Positions 1 through 13,630 of a DNA stretch of 64,000 nt are shown here, piece by piece; the stretch's first letter is position 1, and each line of letters starts with the position of its first letter. Source of the DNA: Phyllosticta citribraziliensis (Eukaryota); NCBI RefSeq assembly GCF_038025025.1, contig NW_027117347.1, positions 806,001 to 870,000 on the forward strand. Reading direction: 5' to 3'. The notes under the pieces are model-generated. The model saw only the letters and a list, made by a program, of their open reading frames with translations, did no database searches and was not told the origin of the DNA. The translations under genes were made by a program, and so were the position numbers.

Positions 1-152
1 GACGCAGGCTTGTGAAGGGGCACAACAATACAAGCTCGCAACTCGGATCCTCCACGAGCAGTGCCAATATTCCGAGAACTGGATCTCGAGTGACACGGGT
101 CTTGTCCCAAGCCAAGTCTTTGGGCGTACGGTCCATATCAAGTTTCCTCTTT

Positions 153-795
153 TCAAAATGCTTGTTCATCCGTCGGAACAATGGGGGGCATGGGCTGGTC
201 ATAGTCCATCATAGAACCCTTGAGCGCAGTCCCCTCCTTGAGGAATAGAACCAGTCTAAACGCAGTATTCCCATTGAGATAATAGCGGTGGAGTCTCTTG
301 CTTCTCAGGAAACCGAGACGTTCGTACAAGCGCAAGGATGCCGTGTTGGACGTTTCAGTCTCGAGAACAATCTCGTCGGCCTCGCGCGCCGTCATGGCAT
401 CGATGGCCAACTTGACCAGCTTGCTTGCGATGCCTTGGCCACGCCAGGCCTCTTGCACAGCGAGCATGGCAATGTATCCGCGGAAGGTGCCAGAGCGATG
501 AGGTTCGAGCTTACAGATGATGACGCCGATCAGCTTGGATTCGTTGTCGAGGGCCTAGTTTTTTCCTTCGCGTCAGCAAATATTCCCCGAGGAAATAAGC
601 AATTGGCACAGGGGCGTGGCCAGGTACCATGTAGCACAAGTCACCCCATTGGTACAGGAAGTAGCGGTAGACGTAGATGCTGTAGGGCTCGGAGAGGTCC
701 TTGGAAATCAGCTGGCGGATGGCGGGCAGCCAACGCTCCTCCTCGCGACCATCATACTGGACATAGCGCAGCTGGTCGGCGTTGGGCGCAGACAT
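153..795 (-). CDS. MAK3: NatC N-terminal acetyltransferase catalytic subunit (Mak3/Naa30), 2 exons (795-628, 554-153)
   Basis: Spliced translation MSAPNADQ...ISKDLSEPYSIYVYRYFLYQWGDLCYM|ALDNESKLIGVIICKLEPHR...GYIAMLAV...RGQGIASKLV...LETETSN..SLRLYERLGF...RYYLNG. GNAT motifs typical of Mak3; GT-AG intron 627-555. Confidence 0.93.
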
Positions 796-1106
796 GGCGA
801 ATGCGCATGGCAGGGGACCTGGACGGCCGGCGAGGAGTACAGGCAACGGACGAGCGAGGGCGTCAGCGTGGCTACCTGGGGCGGATGACGGGATGGGAAC
901 GGTGGTGGGTGGTGCAGTCGCGTCCCGCGGCGGCGAGCGAGCGAGTGAGCGAGGTTCACATGCCCAGGCACGTATGACGACGCTCGAGACAGATAGCAGA
1001 TACGAACCTAGCTTTACATTCGCACCCGGACCACCTCTGCACAGCTCGCGCGGAGCTCAACCATTTCGCCATCACTTGCTCGCTTGAGAGGTGTACCCCA
1101 GGCGCC

Positions 1107-3193
1107 ATGTCCTCCTCTCTTCGTCGACGCGCCGCCGGCAACAGCGGCCAGGATGCTGCCTCCGACGACCAAAGCCGCACCTCCGCCAAAGATGATTCCT
1201 CGTCGCCCGCGCCCAAGCGGACCGTACAAAAGAAGCGCTTTGGCAGCAAGAGATGGAACTTGTTCGTCCTCGGGCTCGGCGGCGTCCTGGGCATCGTACT
1301 TGCCGGATGGTTCGCCCAGAACAACGAGATGATAGACCTGGCAGCTATTGCGGACCTGAATCTGGAGACGATAGCGGACATTCTGCCTGCCGGTCTCCTC
1401 CAGGACGCAAAAGACTTGCAAGTAAGCCTCCAAATGTGGGGATGGGGGAGTTTTTTTGTGAGCCGGCCGTGTGCGGTGCCTTGTGGCTTCAGTCGTGCTT
1501 TTCTTTGCTTTTCAACCATTATATTTGCACAGGATGATTGTGCACGCTTGGACTTACAATGCGATCAACTCTATAGAAACACGAGCGCGAAGCGGTAAAC
1601 TACGATTCGTTTGCGGTCGGTCTCCACGCGCGATCCCAAGGCGTGCAAGCCTCCAACCCCGTCATCATGGTTCCCGGCGTCATATCGACAGGTCTGGAGA
1701 GTTGGGGAACCGAGGAAATATCCAGACAATACTTTCGCAAGCGCCTTTGGGGCAGTTGGACCATGATGAAAGCTCTGGTCATGGACAAGCCCAACTGGAA
1801 GCAGCACATCATGCTGGACAAGAATACTGGCCTGGATCCGCCCGGCGGTATCAAGTTGCGGGCTGCCCAGGGTTTCGATGCTACGGACTTCTTCATCACG
1901 GGCTACTGGATTTGGAACAAGATTTTGGAGAATCTGGCGACCATTGGCTATGACCCCACGAACGCGTTTACGGCGGCTTATGACTGGCGACTCTCGTACA
2001 TGAACTACGAGAAGCGGGATCAATACTTTACCCGTCTCAAGTCCCACATCGAGCTCGCTGTGAAGGTTTCCGACAAAAAGGTCGTCCTGCTCTCTCACAG
2101 CATGGGCTCACAAGTACTCTATTACTTCTTCCACTGGGTCGAAGCCAAGGGGTACGGTGATGGCGGCCCCAATTGGGTAGAAGAGCACGTGGATTCGTGG
2201 ATCAACATCAGTGGCTGTATGCTTGGTACTCCCAAAGGAATGCCCGCGGTCCTGTCTGGCGAGATGAAAGATACTGCTCAGCTGAATGCTTTTGCCGTCT
2301 ACGGCGCTGAAAAGTTCCTCAGCCGCTCCGAGAGAGCAGAAATATTCCGCGCCATGCCAGGCATCAGCAGCATGCTACCCATGGGTGGAGAAGCAGTCTG
2401 GGGAAATCACGAGTCTGCTCCGGATGACGCCCCTGGACAGAACAACTCCTTTGGTTCATTCATACGATTTAGGGAGATTAACGGCACCACACATGGATAC
2501 AACAACATGACTGTCACAGAGGCCCTGCCCTTCCTCTTCAAGCACAGCGAAGAATGGTACAAGGACATGATCACGAGCAGCTACTCACACGGTGTAGCGC
2601 ACACGAAGGAAGAGATTGATCGCAACCAAGACATCCCGTCGAAATGGGTCAACCCATTGGAAACACGTCTCCCACTCGCACCGAGCCTGAAGATATACTG
2701 CTTCTACGGCGTTGGCAAACCAACGGAGCGGGCCTATTTCTACCGCAAGGACCACGACCTCCTCTCATCGCTCAACGTCACCATGGACACGGGCTACACT
2801 TCCGGCGAAGTCGACCACGGCATCTTGATGGGCGAGGGCGATGGCACAGTCAATTTGCTGAGTACGGGCTACATGTGCGCCAAGGGATGGAAGATGAAGC
2901 GATACAACCCCGCCGGCGCGCAGATCAAAACCTACGAGATGCCCCACGAGCCGGACCGGTTCTCGCCCAGAGGTGGCCCTAACACGGGTAAGTTGAGACG
3001 TTTCAACTGATGAATGCGAGCAGTTCTAATGTAATGGACTTTAGGCGACCACGTCGACATCCTCGGCCGCTCTAGCCTCAACGACATGATCCTCAAGGTC
3101 GCCGGAGGCAAGGGGCACACGATTGACAGCCACATCGTCTCCAACATCTTGGAATACGCCGACAAGGTGGCCATTCGAGACGACGACGAGTAA
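1107..3193 (+). CDS. LRO1: Phospholipid:diacylglycerol acyltransferase (LCAT family), 3 exons (1107-1421, 1577-2987, 3045-3193)
   Basis: N-terminal TM segment; PVIMVPGVISTGLESW, AYDWRL, catalytic HSMG, GDGTV and DHVDILG motifs; canonical introns keep the frame. Confidence 0.95.
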
Positions 3194-3588
3194 TTCTGGG
3201 ACGGTGCGTAGACTTGCGGTTTTTTCTTGCATCGAAGCGGCGTTTTGGTGGTAAGATTCTTTTTGAGTGGGTGATACCAGTAGATTTCTGGGGGCGGAAG
3301 AGCCTCCTGTGCCATGACTGTTTTTTTGGACACGAGAAATTCTTGGAGCGCGCCGCATTGTTACGCCGTCGTGGAAGCTTAGCTCATTACTTTTTGTTTC
3401 ATTCACTGTTGGAATTCGAAGCTTGGAGCCGGATACGGCCAGAAGAAATTGGAACATGTCAATCTCCTTCATTCATTTCATTTTGTCTGCGTGTCATCAC
3501 GCCCCTCACCTTCTACGGTCCTCTCGATCGGCCGCATCGATTTAAGATTAATCACAAAGCAGAGGCGACAGTCCAACACAAGGGCCGC

Positions 3589-5428
3589 CTATCTCTCCAG
3601 CTGATTGACGCGCTGGACTTGCCAATCGAGTTTGTGGCCCAGCCCGTCCTTCCAGTGCTTAGCCTTCCCGAGTTTCTGAATCCACTCGACAGTCTCCTGG
3701 ATCGAATCGCAGTCCGTCAGCGCATTCTGCTTGAGCTCAACCACAACGTGCAAACGACTGCCGTCCCAATCGCGCCGAAACTGCACCCTCTTGTACGTCG
3801 AGATGTTGCCGGCGGGATAGATTGCAGCGATCAGCGCCGCCACGCGTCCGAAGTACCTCAACGCCCACAGATCCGTCGAGATGGCCTTCAGCCGGTCGTA
3901 TAAGTCCGTGTTTATCGGATCGAGCGCCTTGCGCCCACCGTACCTCTCGCATAGACCGACAGCAAGCGCGGCGCGGTCCTCGTGACTGAGGCCGTGGGCG
4001 CCCGCCAGCGCGCCGGTGATGGTGCTCTGAAGGGCGCAGGCGGCATTGACATCCTTTGACAACGACGCGTGCAGGAACATGGATCGTGCCAGCGCTTCCA
4101 CGAAGCCGCTTGCTTGCAGCGGGCGCGACGTGTGCGGGGCCGCGGCGCGCAGGAGCTCGCATACAGCAGAGGCTGAGGCATCGGACAGGGCGTTAGGGGC
4201 CAGCTTGGTGGCGACGGCGAGGGGATGCTGCTGACGGATTTCATGGGGAAGACTGGCGAACAGCGCGCCCTCTCGCACGCCGCCCTGGCAAAAATAGATG
4301 TTGTGGAGTTTTGGGACGGCTTCGCCGACACAGGACACGAGGTTTGCCACGGCGGGAATCTGGGAGATGCGGCGCTTCGACAGACGGTGCATTTTTAGGA
4401 GCTTGCTGTTTTCTGACTTGGCGCGGACGGCGGCGGCGATGGTTTGCGTGTCGTGGAACATTTCTGCTGGCACGTTGAAGCCGTTGATGACGGGGATGGG
4501 GTAGGGGTTTTGCGGGTGGTTGTCCATGAGCGCGAAACCCCAGCCCCTGAATCCACCGCCGGACAGGTAGAGATTGAGGCGGCCTTGAGATAGGTCCTTC
4601 TTGAGCTCGATGGGCAGATTGAGGCTTTCGTATGCCTCTCTGAGTTTGGAAATGATAACGCTCTTAAAGTCGTTAGATAACAAGACTTTTCGTTTTCGTT
4701 TGGTGGTTTACTCACTCGCTCTGGGGGATTATGCGTGAGAGCCGCCGCTCCGTATGGTAAGCTCACAGCCGACTCAGACTTGAGGACCTCACCCTCGCGG
4801 GCGCATATCCACGACATCTGAGTGCTTCCACCGCCCAAGTCCATGCACAAGCCCCGCACCTGGTGGAAGCTACTCGCGATGCCGAACGCACCATAGTCAC
4901 CTTCGTCTTGTTTGGACAACAGGCGGACACTCCAACCGGTGCTTTGCTTGATTGCCGAGAGAAAGTCTTCAGAGTTGATCGCCACGCGAGTAGCTTCGGT
5001 TGCGAGCACTTGGATGTTTTGCTCGTCGACGTCAAAATCTGAGCAGATGACTTTGAAGCGCAGAAACGCCTTGACAACTTGCTGAATGACGTCTTCTGGA
5101 ATCGGTCTTTTCTCTCCATTAATCCATTGGGCATCGTAGAGTGAGAGACCTAGCCTGTCTGAATACACGGTGGGCAAAATGCGCGCGGTTCTCTCCGAAA
5201 TGTCGCTGATTGAGAACCTGATGCCATTGCTAGAAGATTGGGGCGGGGTCAGCTACCTGTTTTGGGGCGATGAAACAAGAAGCTGAGTACCAGAAGACTC
5301 GGCACTTTTAAAGGAAGTTTCATTTGACCGTGGAATTGGAAGAATGTTCGGTAATTGGAGTTGGGCAAGGCTGAGAATTGAGAATGCAAATACCTGCCCA
5401 TGTCTATGACTGCTTTGAAGTTGGCCAT
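3589..5428 (-). CDS. RTG2: Retrograde regulation protein 2 (Ppx/GppA family), 3 exons (5428-5394, 5229-4716, 4662-3589)
   Basis: Spliced N-terminus MANFKAVIDMGSNGIRFSISD; ATEATR, DLGGGSTQ, SLPYGAAAL, LYLSGGGFRGWG and CQGGVREG motifs. Confidence 0.9.
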
Positions 5429-6211
5429 GGTGTGTGTTCAGCCAATACTGATCTTGGAACAGCGTGAAGGTCGCGGAGAGAAGGATTGGGATTGTGAAGT
5501 TCGAAAAGGAGAGCAGTTTTCAAAAAGTCGGAGGCAAGACAACGTTTGGGGGCCAGCTGTCACGGCAGACTGGGGTTAAGCTCTCGGGTGCGCTAGTCTC
5601 GAAACGGCAGTCGTCTCAACACCACATCTTCGACATCCCTCCTCCTTTTATCCTGTACAGCTGCATCCTCTTTAGTCCCTCCTTCAAAAAGCCATCCGGA
5701 TACTACGGGAATTCTATTGATGCAATAATACACGTCTGGGCTATCAGCCCGCTTGTATGCTGAGTCGCTACCACCCAAAAGCACGACATCAAGACTTCTG
5801 AAACCGTAACTCTTTCTATTCGGAGTTTGGGAGTATTTCACACAGACTAGTTTTTTTCTTGTCGTGGTTCAAGATGTACAAAGAGATGGGTAAGTCTCAC
5901 GAGCAAGGGCCAATGTGCAATGGAATGTTGAGTGTGCGTGTTGTGCTGGTCTTCTGCCGTTGTGAAATGTATCGTGAGGAAGGCGCAGTTGACCTGCTCC
6001 TTCCTACACGCAGGTTTATCTAATCGTGCCGATTTTGTTTGTTTTGAATCTTTTCTAAACTTTTCCCTCCGTTTCTGCTCAACCTCCATTGTTCCTACAA
6101 CTGCGTTTGCCGCGTTCATTCACCTTGGTGCCGCCGAGTGCCTTACCCGTCGCGTTGGCGACGCGTCGCCCGTCACCTCCACATCAAAACACTGCGAGTT
6201 CTTCTTTCATC

Positions 6212-7038
6212 ATGACTGACACCATCTCCTCCTCAGATGGTGGAGTCCTCCTCAACGTCCTGCCCATTCGCAGCCGCCCGTTGGCCGCCTCAGCCGCCAT
6301 GGACGACACGCAGACTCGATTCTTTGCCGGATTCCACGATTACACCATCGACGACAACGTTGATTCCCTCGAGAACTTCAGGCGCTTGTCGGGCTTGCGC
6401 AACTGGGGCGTTGGCAGCACCCTCTGGCGCAGCAACTGGCTGCACTGCTTCAACCGCACCTACAGCGACGCGCAGTATCCGTTCAGAGGCGAAGCCAGTC
6501 CCTACTTCGACCAATTCGACAACTTCTTCACCAACCCGCGTGCCTCTATGAGACAGCAGTTCGCCCATCTCGCCATGCTCATGGGCTGGAGGGTGGGCTC
6601 CAGGCAGTGGAAGGACCAGTGGACTGAGTATCTTCGCATGGAGTTCGCGCACAACTACGGCACCAGCGCTTCAAACCTCTCAGGATGGCAGAAGCTCTGC
6701 GAGGAAGTTGGTGAAGTCCCAGGCAACTCGATGACCCAGTGCAAAAAGGTAAATCCTTTCTCCTCTTGATTGTTCAAATCTTGACTAATGCTTCGATGTA
6801 GACGCTGAAGCGCCTCTACATCAACATCGTCAACCTTCTCGAATGTCGCCACAACTTCAACAAGGACCATGGAGAACACCGCCCTGTTCCAGCGGCCGGC
6901 CTTCCTGGCCTCATCAAGTTCTCCGACTACCGCTCTTTCAGCAACTACACCAAGGCTGGCAAGATCTTCCCGAAGTCTCGAGCGAAGGCGGATGGCTTGC
7001 TCAAGGCGTTTCTTCGCGAAATCTTCCACCACCACTAG
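6212..7038 (+). CDS. Fungal hypothetical protein with two Trp-rich internal repeats, 2 exons (intron 6749-6801)
   Basis: GT-AG intron with CTAAT branch site joins ...WQKLCEEVG...SMTQCKK|TLKRLYINIVNLLE...KIFPKSRAKADGLLKAFLREIF; coding-like codon usage. Confidence 0.75.
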
Positions 7039-8118
7039 GTGCCCGTCAGTCAACAGGCATTTCACAGTGTCTGGAATCTTCATGGGTCCCGAAATCGGAC
7101 TGAGCAACCGCAGTAGGCGAATGTACGAAGGATCTGAAAAGCGGCGTTGGTAATAGTGGGAGAAGGATACTATGGGAGAGCCATACTGGGAGACCTAAAT
7201 GCCCTAATCGGCAGTCTTCCTTGTTGGTTGAAACAAAAGTTGGAAAGGATCATCCAATTTCGGTAGCCGGACAATCCAATGACCAACTTTCTCCCTTACA
7301 ACGACCACTCCCGCTCTTGAGGACGGCTTAGTAGTTTTCCAGCAGTGTTTATGATTATGTGGAAAAGCTGACTTGTCTTTTTGCGTGCGTACTTGCACAC
7401 TGCATTTAGTTTGAACTTCAGTATATGGTGCAAGATCCTCAATCAGAAGAGACCTCTCAACAACGGCTCAGCGTCACCATATTTCCGTCAGTCAAAGTAG
7501 GTTGCATTGATGTCGAACCCCAAGACATCATCATCCCTGCACCATTCAGCTCATCATCATTGCATTCTGCGGACCAAGGCACAAAAGGAAAAAGTTATCT
7601 TATAAAGAGCGACTATGACATAAATACAAGAGAAGCCTCGACGATTCCAATCAATTCAGACCCGTCTGAAGACATCGGGACATGTGCGCGTATATGTACA
7701 GCGACAGAGGGGAAGCATTAAGAGATTTCAAGCGCAAGCAGAGCAGGAAAAGAAGCGGTCGACTTCAAAGCGACAACGACGACGACGACCGAGAGGCGCG
7801 TCTGGGCTCGATCGGCCCAAGAAGACCAAGAGCAAAGGGTATGGGAGAGTGATATCTTGCCGGGCAACAACAACAACAACAGCAAAAACGAAGATGGAAA
7901 ACGAGGAAGAAGATGAGTCAAAAAAGAGGAAGAATTATTTGGTTCTGGCTTCCAAAGACCGCGCAGACTCGTGTTTGGGTCCATCTCCAACTAGCAGTCA
8001 GTCAATTCATAAGACAAGGGAGCCATGGAGACGAGAAAAGAGAAGATGAGTAAACAAAAAGGACTGGCGACAAAAAGAGAAAAAGAAGCGAAGCTGCCAT
8101 CACGTCATTAAAGTGTCT

Positions 8119-11100
8119 TCAGACAGCAGTGTAGGTCCCGCTCGTAATCTTCTTGACCGTCGCCACCGGCTTCCAGGTTGGGGCAGCAGCGGCGGCGCTG
8201 CTGCTCGGACCGCTGTCGTCGGCGAAAGGATCCGCCTCAGCGTCAGCGCTTTCGCCACTCGGCGGCACCATTTGCGTGACCTCCAACCCACTTCCTTGGC
8301 CAGCGGCCTGCTCTCCGCTGATCTCCCACCGCGCTTCTGCGTTGCCAGGCCTGGCCTCGCCCTCGGTGAAGAAACGTGCTCGGAGCTGCTGCGCGGGTTG
8401 ATCGCTGCTGAGCGTGACGGCGCCAAGGCGCCAGTAAATCAGGTTTCTGTCTTTGGAGAAGGTTCCGACTGGTTTTGACTGGCAGTGCGGAGACTTTGCG
8501 CCGGTAGGGTCGAGGTGGATGACGAGGACCACGTTGTTGAGGGTGATGCTGGTGCGGCCGTGCGCGAGCTTGAAAGCGGGATTGAGAGAGTAGCTAAGGA
8601 TCACAGACGTCTGAGTCGGCTCAACCTTCCATGCCGTCGATAGGGAGATGGGCGCAAAAGAGGCCACATTCGAGTCATCGAGATGCACCTGATATTTAAA
8701 TCCCACTTGCGTCCTCGTGATGCTGGAGAGGCTGACCGTGTAGTCGCCAGCTCTTTCTTGCACTGAGTCGATGAATGTTGGGTTCGGCGCGACCTTTTCG
8801 AGGACGGGGAAGTTCTCCAAACGAATCGTTTCATTTCCAAAAGGAACCGACAAGTCGATGGGGTTGTATGCCAATGCAAGCTCTCCGATGACAACCGCCT
8901 TGGTGACGTTGCCTTGCACAAACCAAGCACTCACGGTCTCCACAATAGAAGAGTTGAGACCTGGCTCGTGCAGGTCTGGATGCTTGACGGTGTGGCTGTG
9001 GGCACTGCTCAATGATCGACCGGAACGAATCGACTGGGTATCCGACGCGGGGGGCTCGTCGCCGAGGTTGAGGCGGTGGCTATTCGGTCGCAGAGGAGAT
9101 TGTGGCCTTCCTGAAGGCGGCGAGGTTGGCGCTGTTACTGGAGACCCAGAGGATGATGCTGTTGGTACAGGTGGTACCGGCGGCATGCTGACAGGATCTG
9201 GGAAAGGAGGCACTTCCGTGGCTTGAGGGGACGGCACAAATATCGTGTTGCGCACGTCTCGCCTTCCTCTTGTTGTACCAGAACGTTTTGCCGGAGCCGT
9301 TTGCTGTTCTGGTTAGTAAATACACAGACCCACAAATGTACAGAACGCTCACCATGCGCAAGGTGTTGGCTACACTGGCCATGGCTGCTTGGGCGTCGCC
9401 GCTATCCTCTTCTTGAATTGGGGCATTCCGTATGTCGACTTTAAATTGAGGCGGTACATTTTCCCTGGGAACAGTTGTGAGCCAAGGGAACCCTCCGCAC
9501 ACGATCTAGCTTACCCTGCGGCCTCGGCCTCCGCTTGTGAGAAAAGATCAGAGGTAGTAGAAACGCCAGGCATGGAGTAACCTTCAGCGTCCTTTTGTGG
9601 CTACGGCCTCATTAGCATCTGCTTGAGATTCTCAAATACTGTAATGCTTACTTCAGGTGGCGTCAAAGTTGATGACGTTGGTTGCAGAGGTTCTTGCAGT
9701 TGCGGGATGCCGACGTTGAGTCCTCCATTGACAACCTCCGACTCCGCGATGGGCTGGTGCTCAGGCACAGGGGGGATTCCGTTGGTGCGGTCAGGAACAG
9801 TCCTGCCAGGAGAGACCATTGACTCGCTGGCGCTCGGTGAGCTTGGAATCTGACTTTCGGCGAGCCGAGATGGCGAGGAAGGTCGATGATCCGCGTCTCT
9901 CGACTTGCTCACACGGCTGCCAAAAGATGAGAACGCTGAGCCAAAGTTGGCAGTGGATCTTCTATCAGGAGAAGTTGCACGGGCATACGGCACGGCGCTC
10001 TTTCGTCGTCCTAACACGGTTCCAAGGCGTTTAAGTCCAGAGAGCCCGCCCAGCTTTTGCTCATGTACTATGGATGGTGAGCGGGGTTCCTGGGACAGAT
10101 GGGACAGAGCAGGCGGCCTACCTGAGCCCGATCTCTGGCTTGACCCATCGTCAGGGGTAGGAGGCGGCTGCATGCTTGGAGTTTGGACGGCGCTGGGTTG
10201 TCCTGGAGTCCTGCTCGTCGTCCTCTCGATTTTGGCCTTGCCATCTGTGGTTTTGAGAGCAAACATTTTGACCTCGTCGGCAGTCTGCACATCGAGTATT
10301 AGGCTCAGACATTGCTCTGTTGGGGCCCGAGTCCGGTCGATTTGGTCAAGTTCCAGGGTTTGAAATTGGGTGAGAGCATCCCGTAAATGGTTGATCCTGC
10401 TCTCATCAACTGCCTGGAGCTGCTCGTAAACGTAAGGCGCTTGGGATTGCCATTGCTGCAAGGCATTCTCCACGTCCGACGTAGCATTGGCGACCTTGCC
10501 TGCGGGAGCCTTTTCGCCCTTGCCCTTCAGCTTATCCGCTCGCTTCTGCGATGCTTCAATCTCCTTTGCCATGGACGCCATGTTCCCGCTAATTGTGGAC
10601 ATGGTCTGCATCTCTCGGTTGGCTTGTGCAAAGTCGCGGAGAGTGCGCTCGACATCATGCTCCAGCTTTGCCGCAAAGGAGTGGTGCGATTCCGCGAGGG
10701 CTTCGGTTGCGCTGACGATTTTGGTCCAGGGCATCGAAAACACACTGCTCGCCGCTCAGTTCCAGCACCACAAACTCAATTTTGGAGCACCATACCCTAA
10801 ATCGGCTCCGGAGTCGAGAGGCTGCCTTGCAGCAAGTTTTCGCAGTCCTTGGGCATATGCGTCTTCCAGCCGACGTCGCTCCTGAAGACTGCCGTGAGTA
10901 TCCGCGGGGAGGGAGGGAGGCGGGCGGGCGCGAGTACCTGGAGGAAGTCGGCGACGTCTGCATTTACTTTGCTGATGTGCTTCAAGCGCTGATTCAGCAC
11001 GGCCACGGCCTGGGCGGGCTCGAGAGAGTCCTGCGATGCGGGCGTCAGTAGACTGGCATGGTGGTTGTGAGGTGAGGATCGGGTGGAGCGGGCTCACCAG

Positions 11101-11133
11101 CATGGCTGGGTACTCTCTCCTGGAGAGGTCCAT
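8119..11133 (-). CDS. SYP1: Muniscin Syp1: N-terminal F-BAR plus C-terminal mu-homology domain, multi-exon
   Basis: MDLSRREYPAML start exon; ERRRLEDAYAQGLRKL and helical F-BAR segment; C-terminal PGLNSSIVETVSAWF...GELALAYN...LEKVAPNP...WKVEPTQTSVIL...SGTY muniscin domain. Internal exon boundaries not all resolved. Confidence 0.88.
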
Positions 11134-11502
11134 TATGAATGGCAAGATTACAGTAGACGACGCCGGGCAGTCGGAGGGAACGATGACATAGGTAGAGGGA
11201 AATGCGCAATGGCGAAGGTTGTTACTCGGCGGCGGAGGTCGGTCTGGAGCTGGACTGGAGCTGTAGCTGGGTACGGTAGGTAGGTTCGTTCCGCTCGGCT
11301 GGGCGGCCGGTCCGCTCGCTGGGCTGACATGTAGCTCTGCTTCCGATGCATCCATCCTCTCGCACCCTCACGGACCAACAACCTGTTACTCCTAATTTAC
11401 CGTCAGCACAAATTCCATGCCCCCCGTCGTTTGTGCTGGTCCAATCCGTCCCGCTGTCAAGTTACGGCTAAATTGACTCCCTGTCTTTCGTCTAGGGCCG
11501 AG

Positions 11503-13046
11503 ATGGACTGGAGGGCGGCCGTGAGCTTTTCAGAGCGCCTGGCAAAAATCGTCAAAATGTACGGCACGTTTACGACCTGGGGAACTCCAGCTGTCCAATT
11601 GTCCCTTTCATCTCGCTTTCCGGCCGGTCGAGCACTGTAATTTTTCCCTCTTCATTTGGCTCACCAACGCAGAACCCATAATTACAAGCTTGCTTACCCA
11701 AATGTCCCCCCTGTCGACGTGAGCAAGGAAGCTCAGGCGCTGGAGGGTGGTGCCTATGCCGATGCTGGCTCATTTGTACGTAGTCGATGTGATTCCAGCA
11801 TGACGTTCTCTGACCATGCGCAGGCGGATTACGAACATTGCTGTAATTCCATCATAGAAGAATTATCGCCAGAAATTGCCTCTTCCGGTAACGCAAATGC
11901 TCAGCAGGTAAGCGTATGAAAGCATGGTTGTTCAGCTCGTGAGACCAACATTCGATGCAGGCTGCCGAGGACGAAGACAAGGATCTATTGGCAGGCCCTC
12001 ACGCCGATATTGGCAAATACAAAGGCGCTGTGCATTTCCGCAACGGCTTGTTCTCCGAAGTCTACAAAGCCCGCAAACCTGATGCAGGGACTGGTTCAAA
12101 AGCTCAGAACGGATCATTGGTGGCATTGAAGCTGACGACACCGGCCATGATGAGTGCACCCCATGATTCTGAGAGGGAAGCCCGAATCTTGTCCAAAGCA
12201 AAGTCTGAAGAAAAGAACATTGTGCCACTGCTAGAGACATTCTCCCTATCTGGTGGGCGATTCGTCCTAGTATTTGAGTACATGCCGTGGGATCTGGACC
12301 ACCTTCTCCAGAAACAGATCTCTTCGAGAACTCAGATCCAGTCAATCATCAAGGACCTGTTTGTAGCTCTTGCCCATATCCATTCTCTGGGAATCCTTCA
12401 TCGGGATATCAAGCCATCCAACATTCTTTTGAAGTCGCCCTCGGGGCCAGCGTTCCTGACAGACTTTGGCATCGCATGGCTGGATGGAGACAAAGCTTCC
12501 GAGCCTGCAGACCAAAAGATTACCGATGTTGGTACAACACATTACCGAGCACCAGAGTTGCTCTTCGGAAACCACCGCTATGGCTCTTCACTGGACATGT
12601 GGGCTGCCGGATGTGCTGTCGCCGAAGCCGCGTGTTTAAACGGACAACCTCTGTTTGACTCTGGAGAGTTGGGCAGCGACCTTGCGCTTATCCAAAGCCA
12701 TTTCAAGATCCTGGGTACTCCTGATTTGAAAGTGTGGCCGGTAGGTTAGCAAGACATTGGGGAGAAAAGACAGACTAACGCTTAATCAGGGAGCGAAGGA
12801 CTGCGACGACTGGGGAAAGATGGAGTTCTACAGGTATGCGCCGAAGCCATGGGAAGAAGTTTTGCCAAGTTGTGATGGCCGCGCAAGAGACCTTGTCAGC
12901 AAACTCGTCGCGTACGAGAGCTCGACACGATTGACAGCTGCCGAAGTAAGTCACGGCAATGTTTTTGTGGCGGCACGCCACATCAGTCGGATGCATGGAC
13001 TAACCCGAGATTCTAGGCTCTCCGGCACGAGTATTTCCAGAGCTGA
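11503..13046 (+). CDS. CDK-like Ser/Thr kinase (Csk1/Cak1-like CDK-activating kinase) with N-terminal helical extension; 6 exons (11503-11558, 11673-11775, 11824-11907, 11961-12740, 12790-12945, 13017-13046)
   Basis: VALK, HRDIKPSN, DFG, GTTHYRAPELLFG and DMWAAGC motifs; degenerate Gly loop (NGLFSEV), as in monomeric CAKs; all five introns are GT-AG and frame-consistent. Confidence 0.82.
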
Positions 13047-13630
13047 GGTCTTGACAAGGCGAGAGGCTTGTGGAGGTGGCACATTGCTTGGGACTAGTGG
13101 CGTTCAACGGAGATGAATTTATCAAACTAGGAGGCATGGTGCACGCAGCGGGAGGTAGGATAGCAACCACGAAAAGAATTTCTCGATTGCGTCTCACCAG
13201 CAAGCACCGAGTGTTGATTCCAAGGCATGTTGGTGGACGACGGGTGGTGGTGTTGTTGTTGCGTCGAGTCCCTGCAGCAACGTGGGCGAGGGCGAGCTGG
13301 CGCCGGTTCACTGTCATCGCTTGCCCCACGTTTCACCTTGGTCGCTCGACTCGCAACAGCCAGGTCGGCTCTACCAAGACAAGACGCCTCCACCTCCAAC
13401 TCTCTCCGGCACAAGGAAGCTCCGTGGGCAGATCAATTTATTGATTGCCGCCACAAGGCCACTGCTTGCTGCGCGGTCTGGTTTTCGCTTGCACCCGCAG
13501 CATTCAGTTTGCAATCGTCTCGTTTGCGCCGTCCGTACCACGCTCCCGGCCGACAGTCCAATTGGACAAGCCGGTCCGCACATGCCCCCTCGCCCGAGGA
13601 CGGCATATTAACTCGACACCTGCCGTCACC

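Noticed and set aside
7200..8110. Lys/Arg-rich ORF 7684-8049 and (ACA)n/(CGA)n tracts
   Set aside because: Lies in the purine-rich antisense of the SYP1 3' UTR; low-complexity artefact.
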